DNA of 64,000 bases from the human T2T-CHM13v2.0 reference genome, Homo sapiens: NCBI RefSeq assembly GCF_009914755.1, contig NC_060936.1. The stretch is one strand, 5' to 3'. Numbering within the stretch: position 1 is the first letter of the stretch; each line of letters begins with the position of its first letter. The notes below the pieces were generated by a model, which did no database searches, had not been told where the DNA came from, and worked only from the letters and a program-made list of their open reading frames with translations. Below, in pieces: positions 17,901 through 34,072 of the stretch. A program made the position numbers and the translations under genes.

Positions 17901-20196
17901 GTCAAAGTTTTGTCATATGAAGTCAATAATTAAACCTAAAAGAAAAACCTGTTGAAAAATCCGGGGTTGGCAGGAAACATCATGTCAAATTTCCAAAAGT
18001 TGCAACTAAAATCAGAAAGTTTCTTCTTAAAATCTCTTAGAGTTATACATGAATGTATACAAATAGTGGATTTTTCCCTTCAGTATATAATGAGCAGGGT
18101 AATAATAATTTTCATGGAAAATTTCTCCTAATTAATAATTTTTATAACTAGACTACACACTTAGAAATGGGCCAAAACAAAAATGGAAAACATAGCAATG
18201 TATCATAAACACTCATGTAACCATTATGTAGGGCGAGACATGGAACATTGCTAAGAGGCTAGGTTTACCTCAATGCCACTTTCCAATCCCCTACACCTTT
18301 CTTCACACCTCTTATGATAAGTACATCCATAATTTATAATGATCTTTTTTTATTTTCTTTGTACTTTACGAACAAAGCATGCAACCCTAAACTCAATAGC
18401 TTCGTTTGGTCTGCTTTGAACTGTGTATAGGTGCAATCCTATATGTCCTTATTCATGGCTTCCTGGACTCAACATTATGTATCTGAAATTTAATCACATG
18501 GTTGCATGTACATGTGATTCATTTATTTTCACTTCTGTATATTTTTCCATTTTATGATTTTACTGTAATTATTTATCCATCTTTATTTGATATATATTTG
18601 GGCAGCTTATTTTTGAGCTATTATTAATAATGCTACAATGAACATTCTTTCACATATCATTTGCTACAATTCCTTTGTGTATATATATCTGGGTGTAGAT
18701 TTATACGGTCCTGGATTATGATATTCAAATTCTACTCACAGACATAGAAAAGCCCAAAACAGTTTGACTAAATTTATTCCTGTCACTTTGTCTCCAGTCT
18801 CCTTATTGCTATTTGCATATATCTTATCAATTATACAATTAATCCAACAAGACACTATTGTTTTCTACAGGCAACATTTATTTAGAATTACACACTTATT
18901 TTTCATTGTCATTAATTTTATTGCTTCTTGCATGTTCAACTTTGTATTTTCAGTACAACTTTGTATTTTCTCTTGCTCTATTTTCTCTCCTCTAATCTTA
19001 CAGAACTCCAGAAGTATGTTACATATTCCAACTGTAGCATGAATTTGTTACCCTCTAGTCTTATATTTTCCATCTTTCTCTCAGTGCTTCATTCTTTGTA
19101 GCTATCTTCCAATTCACTAATTATCTCTTCTACTCCATCTAACTGGTTAACTCTGTCTATTGGATTCTCAATATTGATAATTCATTTTTTAGTTTTCTTG
19201 TTTTAGTGTTCAGAATAATCTTTTATTATCTTTCCATAAATTATTTTCTACAGGGAAACTGAACAAACTAATCTTAACGGCATGTTCTTTTTAAAAGTGT
19301 TTTTGATTTTGGGGTTTTTTGTTTTCTGTTTTAGTATGTTAGAAATGAAAATGGTAACAAATTCCTTCTTTTCCCAACACTTTGGTCAGAGAATAGAATA
19401 AAAGCTTCATCTTGGAATTTACCTTCAATTTGAAAGAAACCAGAAATGAAGTTCATATAAGTAGCTTTTTTGGGATAGTAGCTTGTCTTGCTGGGTCCTC
19501 GCCACACAATCTCCTCACAAGGAAACTCAATGAGTAGCACTGCATTTCAAAATATCATTGCAATAGATAAAATATAGTTCATCAACCACAGCTATGTCAT
19601 TGTATTCCATGAATTAATTTTCACTTTGCTTATGTTGTAGAAATGGGGCTCTGTGCCTTTGAACTCCATCCTTACCTACATGAAATAGAGAAGATGTGGG
19701 GGAGGGCTTATTTGATTTGTTTAGCCCTAAAATCCTCTCTTTAGAAATAAGAGCTTGATCATGAAATGGTTTATTTATTTTTCTTATTAAGCAATTTTAT
19801 TTATACTAAAATCAAAATCTTTTTATAGTGTTCCTTGGATTAGTTTAATATCATCTATAATTGTTTTCTTCAGCAATGTATTTTAAACTGCACTACACTT
19901 AACTTTCTAAATCTAAATGTATTCAACTTGACTTGAACTTTGCTGTTTACTAACGTAAATTTCCCACAATGATATCTCTTAGAACTTATGTAAACGGTGT
20001 CCAAATTATGTATGTAAATATTTCAAAAATAAATCATATAATAAGATAGATGTAAATGTAGATGATTATAATAATGATGATAATGTCAGCTAAAAGGGAG
20101 AATGTTATTTGATAAATGTGATTTGGGTCTTCTTTTCAATGTACTAGAGTTAAGGGTAGTGGGAGAACACTATTATTCTTTCTCATGGATTTACGA

Positions 20197-20725
<529 letters not shown>

Positions 20726-22221
20726 TGAATAAGCTTCATTTCATCTTTTAATAGCATCATTAACAAGTTAAATTCTCTCTACTGCTTATTTACATTCTCA
20801 GCTACTGTCACAAAATCTGGGTGATTTTATTATAGCAGTCCAAGTAGTTATACTACATATGTTTTATGCCTTAACAAAATTATCTTTCTACTAATTCTCC
20901 TGTAATATTCAAAAAATTTGTAGTATCAAAATATTTTTCCTCACACATGTGTACACATGCATGGTATTATAATCTTTGAATGGTAAAAATATGTGTATTA
21001 TTATTTCATTTAGGGATAAATTTAGAAAATTGTCCTGTATATTTAATATCTATATTACTATAATATATTGGAAATTCACTAATTTCTGCCACTTTGAAAT
21101 GTTGTGATCATAAATATCTAAATTGGAAATAAGAAAAAAAGGTGTCTAGCAAAATACAGATGTGCAAAATCTGATGTTTCAAAATAAGAATAACATTAAG
21201 AGTGTGGAGGTAGACTTCCTGTTTATCTCTTCCTTTTTAAAATTAATTTAAAGTTTAAAATTTTATCTTGGATTTCTTACTATCATAATGCTCTATTCTT
21301 CTTTATTCAGCAAAAATTCTAATTACCATGGTGTCTACAAGAATGTTTTTTCAGCCTATTTTATATTCATTCATTTATTATATGATTCTGCTTTTTAAAT
21401 ATTTTCATTACTATGAAACATAACATATATATAAATTAATAAAGCCTGAAGGTACAGTATAGAAAAAAATTATAGCATTAAGGGTCATGTTACCACATCT
21501 TGGTCATGAAGTAGAATTTACCAGCAATCCAGACACTCCCCATATACACCTTCTTGTTGATATCATTTCCCTTTTGTTTCCTCCGTCCCTACTGTGCCAG
21601 TTGTTACAATAATCACTCTTGGGTCTCACTTTAGAATTTCGACAACAATGTAATAAATTGCAGTTCATTAAAAATATAGTTTTGTAAACTTTATATAAAT
21701 GTAATTATACGGAATCATGTTTCCATCTTAATATCTCTCGTATCTATGTAGTGCAAATTTGTTCATTTTCCTTTTTATTAACATTCTTTATAAACGTCTC
21801 TCTAGTTGGTTCATTTTGATTGCTGTATAGTATTCTATTGTATGAGTATGCAATAATTTATTTATCCATTTTATCACCCATGGACATTTGAGAGACTTGT
21901 CAACTTTAGCAATTAAAACTCAGTGATATGCATGTGTGTGTATATGTATTCTGATAAGAGTGCAATAGTGGGTCTTCAGATGTGATCCATCATCTTAATC
22001 AGATAATGCCATACTCAAAGTAATTGCACTGATTTACAATTCTAGGATTACAATCCTAGAGTGTAACTGTACTAGACATATTTCCTTTAACCAAACATTA
22101 TGTCAAATGACTTTGGGAAAATATGATTAGTTAACAGTATACTGTAAGGCAAATTTTAGCATTGTTTAACAACTCATTAAAAGGACTCAAAGAAAATAAT
22201 ATGTTGAAATATCAAAATAGT

Positions 22222-22308
22222 CTATAAGCCTAATGAAGGTGCCCATGGGAAAATACGAATTCTACCATTACTGTTATGGAAAATAATGATGAGTAGTAAA
22301 CATACCAT
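22222..22308 (-). pseudogene. Ghost TAS2R stub 2 (28-codon sORF, frameshifted TM1)
   Basis: Translates MVCLLLIIIFHNSNGRIRIFPWAPSLGL*. Removing one base gives MVCLLLIIFSITVMVEFV, a TAS2R TM1 start. It shares the TTTCCCATGG junction with stubs 1 and 3. Confidence 0.75.
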
Positions 22309-23177
22309 GTCCGCATTTTTTAAGGCAGGCCTAATACCAATGGACAAGTTTCCCTTTAAGGTCCTGACCTTAATTTCTATGTGCTCCTGATTTCTGACTG
22401 TGCAATAACGTTCTTGTTCCTTTTAAATTCTCTGGCTAATGTCAAACAGGAAAGCACCGGGGAATGCTATTGAATGAGTTCAAGGCTGTCTTAATGGAAA
22501 ACAGGATAATTTCCAAAACAGCTCAAATTAACTCCTATTCAAATACTATATGCTTGTTATAAGATAAAATTTTTCATACTGATGTTGATGTGAAAGCTGA
22601 ATTCTCATTTGCTAGCATGCAAATCAAGTCATACACTTAATCATCATTTTGCAATTTTTTCCTTGTTTAGTGTCTCCATAATTTGCGTTCAGCAATGTGA
22701 GTTGTTAGGGAAATTTTCCAACCTAATACATAAATCATACATTGGATGCCTACACTGTTATATGTAGCTTGGTCAAAACTAGAATCATGACCACTGTTGA
22801 ATCATTTTTTCAATGCCAGATTTATGGAGAGTGAATCCCAACTTTTCTACCAAAAGTGTCCAAGGTTTTCTTGGGAAGCCCAGGAAGGCCAATATTCCTT
22901 GAAAACTGGTTACTGCTAACTAATAATTTTGTACAACTTATTGTTAACAAGCTCATTAACACAAACACATTCACACACACACACATACACACCCCTCATG
23001 GTTTGGAAAAATTACTGTCCTATAACTTCTAAAATGAAAATTAATTTTCTTACTCGGGCTTTTCAGCCCATTTTCAATGTTTATCAAACTTAATCTCTAA
23101 GGCTTAGGCCTTTAACTAAGTTATTCTCTTGAGAATACTTAAATATTAGTTATTTAATTAAAATACTCAACTATTTT
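22309..23177 (-). promoter_or_regulatory. Paralogue of the TAS2R30 upstream region (ghost 2), with a perfect octamer
   Basis: Same collinear blocks as ghost 1. ATGCAAAT at 22617-22624 lies inside the near-palindrome atttgctagcatgcaaat. Confidence 0.6.
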
Positions 23178-23503
23178 GGCCGGACACGGTGGCTCACGCC
23201 TGTAATCCCAGCATTTTGGGAGGCCGAGGCGGGCTGATCACGAGGTCAGGAGATCGAGACCATCCTGGCTAACACGGTGAAACCCCGTCTCTACTAAAAA
23301 TACAAAACCAAAGTTAGCCGGGCATGGTGGCAGGCGCCTGTAGTCCCAGCTACTCGGGGAGGCTGAGGCCAGAGAATGGTGTGAACCCAGGAGGCGGAGC
23401 TTGCAGTGAGCCGAGATGGCGCCACTGCACTCTAGCCTGGGCGACAGAGCGAGACTCAGTCTCAAAAAAAAAAAAAAAAAAAAAAGAAAAAGAAAAAGAA
23501 AAA
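23178..23503 (+). mobile_element. AluY
   Basis: gatcgagaccatcctggctaacacggtg and ggcggagcttgcagtgagc, followed by an A tail. Confidence 0.9.
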
Positions 23504-23820
23504 CCTCAACAATTGTATAACTATTCCTTGGGCACTAAAAAAACATGTTTTCCATAGAAGAATTTACACTTCTCTGTGTATGAATATTCACTTTTACTTT
23601 TCTCTATTTATTTTTGATTACTTATTGATTTATGATGAATAGATGTTAAAATCAGTCTCCAATCCTGGATTTTGTTTCTTTTCAGTTTTTATAGCATAAC
23701 TGTTTCTAAGAGGGGATCTTGGAGTCAGACTGCCAGGACAGGAAATCATATTCCCTGCTTGGTATAGCTATGCTCTGAGACTCCATTTTCCAACTACTCC
23801 TGCCTCAGTATAATCACCTA

Positions 23821-24122
<302 letters not shown>

Positions 24123-24161
24123 GGAGATGATAATAAAACTTTCATTGGTTAGTTTTGTTAG

Positions 24162-24577
<416 letters not shown>

Positions 24578-24579
24578 GC

Positions 24580-26100
<1,521 letters not shown>

Positions 26101-26259
26101 GGAATGCTGAAGTATACTCTGTCTGAAAAGCCAAACAGCAAGTGCAGAACATTAATCCAAGCATAGAGTCACTCTAAGCACAAGCCCCTATAAGCACAAA
26201 ACCCTGTACAACTGTGCAAGTCATATGCTCATAAAGCCAGCCATGACTGGAGGGTATGA

Positions 26260-26830
26260 GCACGTCTCAGTGGCACAAGGAGTGGTGGTATTGGACACAA
26301 ACATGTGCTTTCTCAGATTCCCTTCACTATCTCCTGTTCCCCTGGTCAGCACCTTGCCTGATCCAGATCATCCTTCCATTTGGGACTTGAATGCATCACC
26401 ACACTGTGGGCATGAGGTCTGACTTTCATGACCACCACCAAGGGACTGGATGATGTAAGACAGAACAACAGAGATGGTAGTTCTAACTCAGGGAAACCCT
26501 GGCCAAGGGGAAACAGAAGACTAACAACAGCTGAGCAGATACATTCTCCCTCCTCTCTCTCTCTTCCATGGACTAATGCCAGCTGTCGTTTCCCTTTGTA
26601 GCCCTTCTGGAAAAGTTCTGGGAGTCAAGTGCATGCATCTGATGACCACCATGCTGTCTCTCTCACCTCACTGTGAAGTGGCTGCCAGCAGAGTCATACC
26701 AGACATCACCACACATTGTTTCACATCCGTTCTTGTCTCAATTTCCACATGTCCCTGCCATTTTTGTCTTGAATTGGCCTTCCATATAAATGTCATCACT
26801 TTAATATCAGGTATTACGTTAAAAACATTT
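26260..26830 (+). mobile_element. LTR16-like ERVL LTR
   Basis: Resembles LTR16-family motifs (tctcagattccctt..., tcttccatggacta...). Identified by eye only. Confidence 0.45.
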
Positions 26831-28484
26831 TAGTAAAGTAGCTGGTTACTAACTCAATTTTTTGAAATGAAATGCCATTTTTATATGATAATCAACTAGA
26901 AAATATCATAATACAAATATATAATTCACAATAGAAAAAAATACATACGCAAATAGACCAAAGTCTTTTATATGCTTTTTTAAAATATTGTAATAGTGGC
27001 ATCTAATTTTGATGTTCTACCTTGTCTCCAATTCAGACACCTGATACAGCTGCATCAAGACTATATTATTGTGATATTTCCCCTAAAATTGTGGAATAGC
27101 CAAACTTTTCCTCTGAGGAAGGATTCTGCTTGGATAAGCCTGTAATCTTAACCTGAGACCAGAACAGGGGAACTCATGCAACTGCAGATTTTGTGATGAG
27201 TTTCCTTTTCATTGGTTTACCACATCAGCTTACCCATTTTATCCACCCATTTATTTGTTCATTAAAATATCATTTTTGACCATCTATTCCTTGTGCTGGG
27301 TTCTAGGTCCTGGGAGTCAACAGAAAGCCTGACAGACACGATCTCTTCTTTTATAGTTCTTACATTGTACTGAGGAAGATACATGATTCTAAAAAATACA
27401 TGAATCAGGTGTGGGGATGATTTATCTTAAGGTCTGAACAACATTGTTAAAATTTCATAACACCAAGAATTAATACAGTCATGTAGAATTTAGCTGTAAA
27501 CAAGACTGTACATTTCCTTCTTATAATAGAACTTCCTATTAATGAATATGTCAAGACAATTCCATTTAATCATTGACAACAAAATTACACTAGGACAAAT
27601 CCCATAATTAATACATAGATTTCATAGATACTATTTTAACACTTAAAAAAAGTTTCACTGAATTATTTTCCATAATTTTTATACTATTTTCACATTGACA
27701 GATTTTTTTTTAGAAAACGGAAGACTGGAGTTCTCTTATCTGAAGTTTAGAAAGAATTTTAAAAATGGAAGATAAGGATATAATTAGCAATTCAGGGGCT
27801 TAGAAGTGCTTTAGAAAAAATACTAAAATAATTTACATCAGAGCTCAATTTCAAAAAAAGTTTTTCTTTAATTGAAAAGCTGGAAGAAATGACTTTTCTA
27901 ACTGCATATGGAAGCTGATAATAGCAATCAAGATCATGATCATGATTTTTCATACCTCTTATAGCAGAGATTTTTTTCTAAGCTATTCACATACTTGTAT
28001 TAAATCTAATATTCCTCAGTACTGTTTATGGTACACATACATGAAATTTACTCTACATATACTTGTCACTCAAATTTTATTGTGTTCATTGTTTTGTAAC
28101 AATAATTCTGATTGCTTTTTACTAAACATAAAATAGGAATTCATAATGGAATAAAACCCTGAAGATACATCCTCATTAGTGATTAAGAATTGAACGACCT
28201 TATTATCAAAAAGTTATAGGTTAAAACAACAGATTGTAAGCACACTGTGGTATATTTGTGTCATTCAAATAACAATAGAAAAGAGCAATATTTTTCCTGA
28301 GATAAGCTGTTAGTTCTTAATAATTATAAATAGATATAAATTCTACAAATGAAATATAAAATACATGTATGAAATAAACATGGCTTCATAATTGAGGAAT
28401 TTTTGTCATATTTTCTATAATTTGGCAGTTTTTGTGAAAAAACAATAAAAAGCCTGTTATTGTCAATGTTCTTCAGTTTTTCAT

Positions 28485-28523
28485 ACACACACACACACAC
28501 ACACACACATCTATATATATATA
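28485..28523. repeat. (CA)n(TA)n microsatellite 3' of TAS2R30
   Basis: acacacacac...tctatatatatata. Confidence 0.9.
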
Positions 28524-28650
28524 CTTTTCTAGACTAACTTTAGGTAAAAGACTTTTCTAGGTATACATTTGGAAATTATTCATATACATATATTACAGAA
28601 AACCCAGTAAGAAATATAAAATGTTTCATACACCACCAGTTTGTTTTCTG

Positions 28651-29610
28651 CTAGAAGACACACAATGCCCCTCTTGTGAATCTATGGAGACGAAGGCTTC
28701 TGTCTTTCACCCAGTACCTCACATGCCGCAAAACTGAAAGAAAAATCTGCTTTAGCTTCTTGTTTCCCAAAATCAGGATGAATGGGTGGGTTGAAGGATA
28801 GCTGAATATAATAGCTTGGCAGAACATGAAGACAGGTTGCTTTTCCAGCCTCCCCAAATTACAAACTGATATGATCATGGACAGAAAGTAAATGGCACAT
28901 AACAGAAGAAAGGAGGTCACAGTTTGCAAAGCTTTTATGTGGACCTTGGTGCTGGGATCTTGAGATCCTTTGCCATGGAGCTGCATCTTCTTGAGATGTT
29001 TACACAGAGAACAGATTAACAGCAGAAAAGATATCAGGGTCAGAGTGAGGGGTACAAAGTTTGCTAGCATGGTTAGAGTCATATTTGAATGGTACATTGC
29101 ACTCCTCAATTTGATCTTCCAAGTCACGTTTCCTTCATATTCTTTTGTCCATACAGTCTCATCCATGTTTATCACAAAAAGATGACAAACCAAAAATAGC
29201 AAAGGCCCCAACAGTATCACCAGAACAACACTCTTAACTCTCCTCTTTATGCGAAGAAAAATAAGGTTGGAGAAATTGGCAATCCTGAGCAAATAAAACA
29301 TGCTGAGGCTAGTAGCAAGCCAGCTGCTGAAATGGTTGGTTACTGCCCAGACATTATAAGCAGTAATTCTTACTTCTACACTATAAAAAGCTGGATTCAA
29401 CTGAGTTGCATACCAATGTAGTAATAACACCCAGAGCAAACCAACTCTGGAGACCGCCAGAGCAGTGAGAATTTGGTCAACAAAGGAGATCTTTTGTCTC
29501 TTGACCCACTCAATGGAATTTACCAATGCTATGAAGCCATTAGCAAAATTTCCAATCACAAATATAACCACTATTAGAATGGAAAAAATGATGGGCAGAA
29601 AAGTTATCAT
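28651..29610 (-). CDS. TAS2R30: Bitter taste receptor TAS2R30 (TAS2R47), intact single-exon GPCR, 319 aa
   Basis: The ORF carries TAS2R hallmarks: [44 protein letters not shown]2 sequon NVT at N161, [14 protein letters not shown] and [14 protein letters not shown]. The 319-aa length and the C-terminus [17 protein letters not shown] match TAS2R30 as I recall it. Residue 252 is Leu. Confidence 0.95.
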   Translation of the reverse strand: MITFLPIIFSILIVVIFVIGNFANGFIALVNSIEWVKRQKISFVDQILTALAVSRVGLLWVLLLHWYATQLNPAFYSVEVRITAYNVWAVTNHFSSWLATSLSMFYLLRIANFSNLIFLRIKRRVKSVVLVILLGPLLFLVCHLFVINMDETVWTKEYEGNVTWKIKLRSAMYHSNMTLTMLANFVPLTLTLISFLLLICSLCKHLKKMQLHGKGSQDPSTKVHIKALQTVTSFLLLCAIYFLSMIISVCNLGRLEKQPVFMFCQAIIFSYPSTHPFILILGNKKLKQIFLSVLRHVRYWVKDRSLRLHRFTRGALCVF

Positions 29611-30530
29611 GTCTGAACAGACAAAAAGAAATTTTTAAAATGCTGGTGTAATATCACTGGTTGTGATTGCTTGAATATCCTGACCTTAAATTCTATATGC
29701 ACCTGATTTGTGTATGTGCTGTGACATTCTTTTTACTTTTAATTGCTGTGACCAGTGTCAAGTCAGAAATCACCATGGCATGCTAATGGATAAGTTCAAT
29801 GCTCTCTTTATGGAAAACATTCTTATTTTCAAAACAATTCAAATTAACTGACTCATTCACCATCTGTTCTTGTTATAGGCTGGAATTATTCATACTGAAA
29901 TTGACATGAAACCTGAATTCTCATTTGCTAGTATGCAAACAAGGACATGTTCACTTCCAGTGTTTGCAATTTTTCCTTGTGTAACCTCTCCATCATTTGT
30001 CTTTAGCGACTTCAGTTGCTTGGGAAGTTTTATAACCTGATATGTAGATCGTATAGTAAATGTCTAAAATCTTAAAGGGAGCTTGATCATAACTAAGATC
30101 ATCACCAATACGGACTTTTTTAAATGCCAGATTTAAATACACAGAATCCAAACTGCTTTTATCAAAAGCATCTAAGATTTACTTGAGAACCACAGGCAGG
30201 CCAATACTCCATAAGATCTGGTTGCTGCTAATACTTTTGTGTAACTTCATTATTCACAAGCTCATAAATACACACACAAACACACACATGTGCACACCAC
30301 TTATGAATGGAACGAATTATTTTCTCATAATTTCCAAAATAAAAAATCAGTTTCCAGGAGGTTGTCCAGGTGAAATTAGTCCTATTTTCCCACTCAAGGT
30401 TTTCAGCCCATGAATAATGTTTATTTATCAAACATATCTCTAATTCTTAGGCCTTTGGTAAAGTTTCTCTCAAGTCTAATATTTAAATATTTATTATTTA
30501 ATTAAAATGTTCAGCAATTTTATAAGTATT
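29611..30530 (-). promoter_or_regulatory. TAS2R30 upstream/promoter region
   Basis: Non-repeat sequence directly 5' of the ATG, with paralogues upstream of the three stubs. Contains ATGCAAAC (29933-29940) and TTTGCA (29963-29968). The transcription start site cannot be determined from sequence. Confidence 0.6.
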
Positions 30531-32060
30531 CCTGAGTACCAGACCCTTTGATATATAATCTTGCAGTATCCTCCCATCACACGAAGACTGACTACCTTTC
30601 CCCTGAACTTGAAGTTCAATCATTTAACTTACTTTGATGAACAAAAAATTAATACACTTTGCATAGAAATTTGAGATGGCTTCCATACTGGGTGTTCTTC
30701 CTCTTTCCATTTACTATGAGAATATCACCTGGCTAGTACACTGTTCCCAGAAGGATAATCAGAAACTAATGAAGGCAGATTGCCCCCCACCTGATCCAGA
30801 CTAAATTGGCCAAACTCTAACGACCTCCAAGATGCAGAATTTGGCCCATCTCAAGTCACCAGAGCTATCCAATGTAGTTTTGAAGGGTTTCTCTTGCAGA
30901 AAAACATAACTGATAAAAGAACTCTGCTAAACCAAGAGTGTGGGAAATGTGTACAACCTTGTTGTGTCAGGAATTCAGGAGCCAAAAGAAAAAATAGATG
31001 GGGAATGGCAAAGATTTGTTCATGTGAGGTGGATAATTAAGGCTAGAAGAAATCCTTTGGAAAAATCTGGGGTGGCAAATAAAATCATCTCAAATTTCCT
31101 CATGTTGCAACTAAATAAAGTTCTTACTTCAACTCTCTTAGAGTTGTATAAGAATGTATACCAATAGTTTATTTTTCCCCTCAGTATATAATGAGACGAG
31201 TAATAATAATTTCTATGAGACGTTTCTCCTAATTAAAACTTTTTATGTTAAAATTATAATGCACACTTAGAAATGAACCAAAACAAAAATGGGAAATACC
31301 GCAGTGTATCATAAACATTCAAGTAACCATTATGTGGAGCAAGACAAGGAACACTGAAAACAGCCTAGGTCCACCTCCATGCCACTTTCCAACCGCCTAA
31401 ACCCTTCTTCACATCTCCTGAGATAAGCAATATCCATAATTTATATTGATTATTTCCTTAATTTTCTTCATACTTTACCAACTAGGTATGCAACCCTAAA
31501 CTCCATAGCTTGGTCTGGCCTGCTTTGAACTCTGTGTAGGTGCATTCCTACATGTTCTTGTTGTTTGTGGCTTCTTGGACTCAACATTATGTTTCTGAAA
31601 TTTAGTCACATAGTTGCAAGTACATGTGGTTTTTTTTCACTTCTCTATATTGTTCCGTTGCATGGAATTAATGTAATGATTCACCCATCCTTAATGTACA
31701 TTTGGTCAGCTTCTTTTTTGAAGTTATGAATAATTCTACTAGAGAATTCTTTCATATATCATTTGATGCAATTCCTCTGTATATATACCTTTGGGTAAAA
31801 TTACAGGGTCATTGTTCAAAATCTCCTCATAGACATAGAAAAGTTCAAAAACTACTTCAAGTAAATTTACTCCTGTCACCTTTACCTCCAGTCTATTTTT
31901 TGCCATTTGCATATGTCTTATCAATTATATAATCACCCTCAAGACATTATTATTTTATACAGTAAACATTCATTTACAATTATGCACATATTTACCACTT
32001 TCATTAATTTGTATTCCTTCTTGCATATTCAACTTAATATTTTCAATAAGTCTCTTTATT

Positions 32061-32200
32061 GGCCAGGCAGGGTGGCTCACACCCATAATCCCAACATTTT
32101 GTAAGGCTGGGGCAGGAGCACCCAGGAGTTCAAGACCAGCCTGTGCAATACACCGAAACTCCCTCTACAATAAATGAAAATGTTAGCCAGGCATAGTGAA
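32061..32200 (+). mobile_element. Partial Alu/FLAM
   Basis: ggccaggcagggtggctcac...ccaggagttcaagaccagcc. Confidence 0.7.
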
Positions 32201-34072
32201 GCTACTCACAAGTTCTTTAAAAAGGAGTTTTTATAAATTTTTCGTATACCTGACATGAAAATGGTCACAATTTTCTTCTTTTTGTAATACAAAGGTCACA
32301 GAAGAGATTAAAATCATGGTCTAGGCATTCTCCTGCAACTTGGAAGAAACCGGAAATTGATTTGATGTGAGTAGCTTTTTTTGGATAGTAGCTTGTCTGT
32401 TGCTGGGTCATCACCACAAACTCACCTTATAGGGAAATTCAGTGAGCAGCACTAGATCTCAAAATGTCATTACAATTAATAAAATATAGTATCTCAACCA
32501 CAGCTCCACCAATCTATTCCACGATTTAAATTTTACTCTGTTTTTATAAGCAGAAATCAAGGCTTCTTCATTTATAACAATCTTTAAAAGATCAAAGAGT
32601 AAAACAGTACTTACAAGTTTATCAAACATTGAAGAACTTTTATTCCCATGGAAACAAAACTGAATCTGGTGCTTCTAAGGAATTCCACCATTTAATCCCT
32701 ATCCGTGAATATAGTTTTGGTTACAGAACTATAACCTTCAAACTCCATCATCACTCACTCAAGTGTGACAGAAGATCTGAGGTCTTACCTCTGTTTGACA
32801 ATCTGGTCCTAAAACTCTCTCTTTAGAAATATAAGCTTGCTCATAAAATGTGCTATTTGCTTTGTCTTTCTTACTAGGGAGGTTTAGTTCCATTAAAATC
32901 TAAATTGTTTCCATAGTGATCATAGTGAAAAGAGGATTAGTTTAAGCTCATCCATAAATAATTATTTGCTTAAGCAATGTATTGTAAAATAAACTACACT
33001 TAATTTCTAAATCTAAGTGTATTGAGCTTGACTTAAACTTTGCTGTTTACTCCTGTAACTTTCCAATAATTATGATCTTTTTAAAATTACTTATTTTCCA
33101 AATTATGTGTTTAAATATTTCAAAAATAAATCATTTAATGAGATAGATGTGGATATAGATAATGATAATGATGATGGCAGGTAAAAGGGAGAATGCTATT
33201 TGATAAATGTGATTTCAGTCTTGTTTTTTAAGTACTAGACTTCAAGGTAATGAGAGAACAATATTATTCTTCTTCATGGCCTCATGATTCTTATATTATT
33301 CTCAGCATCAGGCCTAGGCAAATACCCTCACGTGGTATTTCATCAAGAATAATGTAAAACCAATGTATTTTCAATGATTTATTTGCTTTTTTTATTTTAT
33401 TACACTTTAAAAATTCATAGCAAAAGTGATCTCCAACAATTAGGATTCTATTTTGGGTTTTTTTGTGCAGTTTTCAATATGAAAATAGACAAATACTCTA
33501 TGCAATATACAGCATATCAATTTTATTTCATCTTTTAATAGCATCATTAGCAAGCCAAATTCTTGTAAATGCTTTTTCACATTCTTAGCTATGGTGACTA
33601 AATCTGTTATCTTACTATAGCAGTCAAAGTAGCATTATATATGCACAAACATACTCAAAGATCATACTAAATATGTTTTACACCTTAACAAATTTGCCTA
33701 TGATTTTTCTTCTCTAATGCAGAACCAAAAAATATATAGTAACAAAATATTTAACCCAAAATGCAGGTGTACACATGAATAGTATTGTGAAATTAGAATG
33801 CTAACAATATGAATATACATATTTCATTTAGAGACACATTTTGGCATAATAGGTCTATATATGTAATACCCATCTTACTATAGTTTATTGGAAATTCATG
33901 ACTTTCTGACACTGAAATGTGAATTATGAATAATTAAATTGGAAATAAGAATAAAGGTGTCTAGCAATCATAAATATTCAAATTTTGATGTTTCAAATTC
34001 ATATTAGCATTAAGAAGGTGGATTTACAGTTCTTGCTTATCTTCTTTTTTAATTAATTTAAGAAAACTTTTG

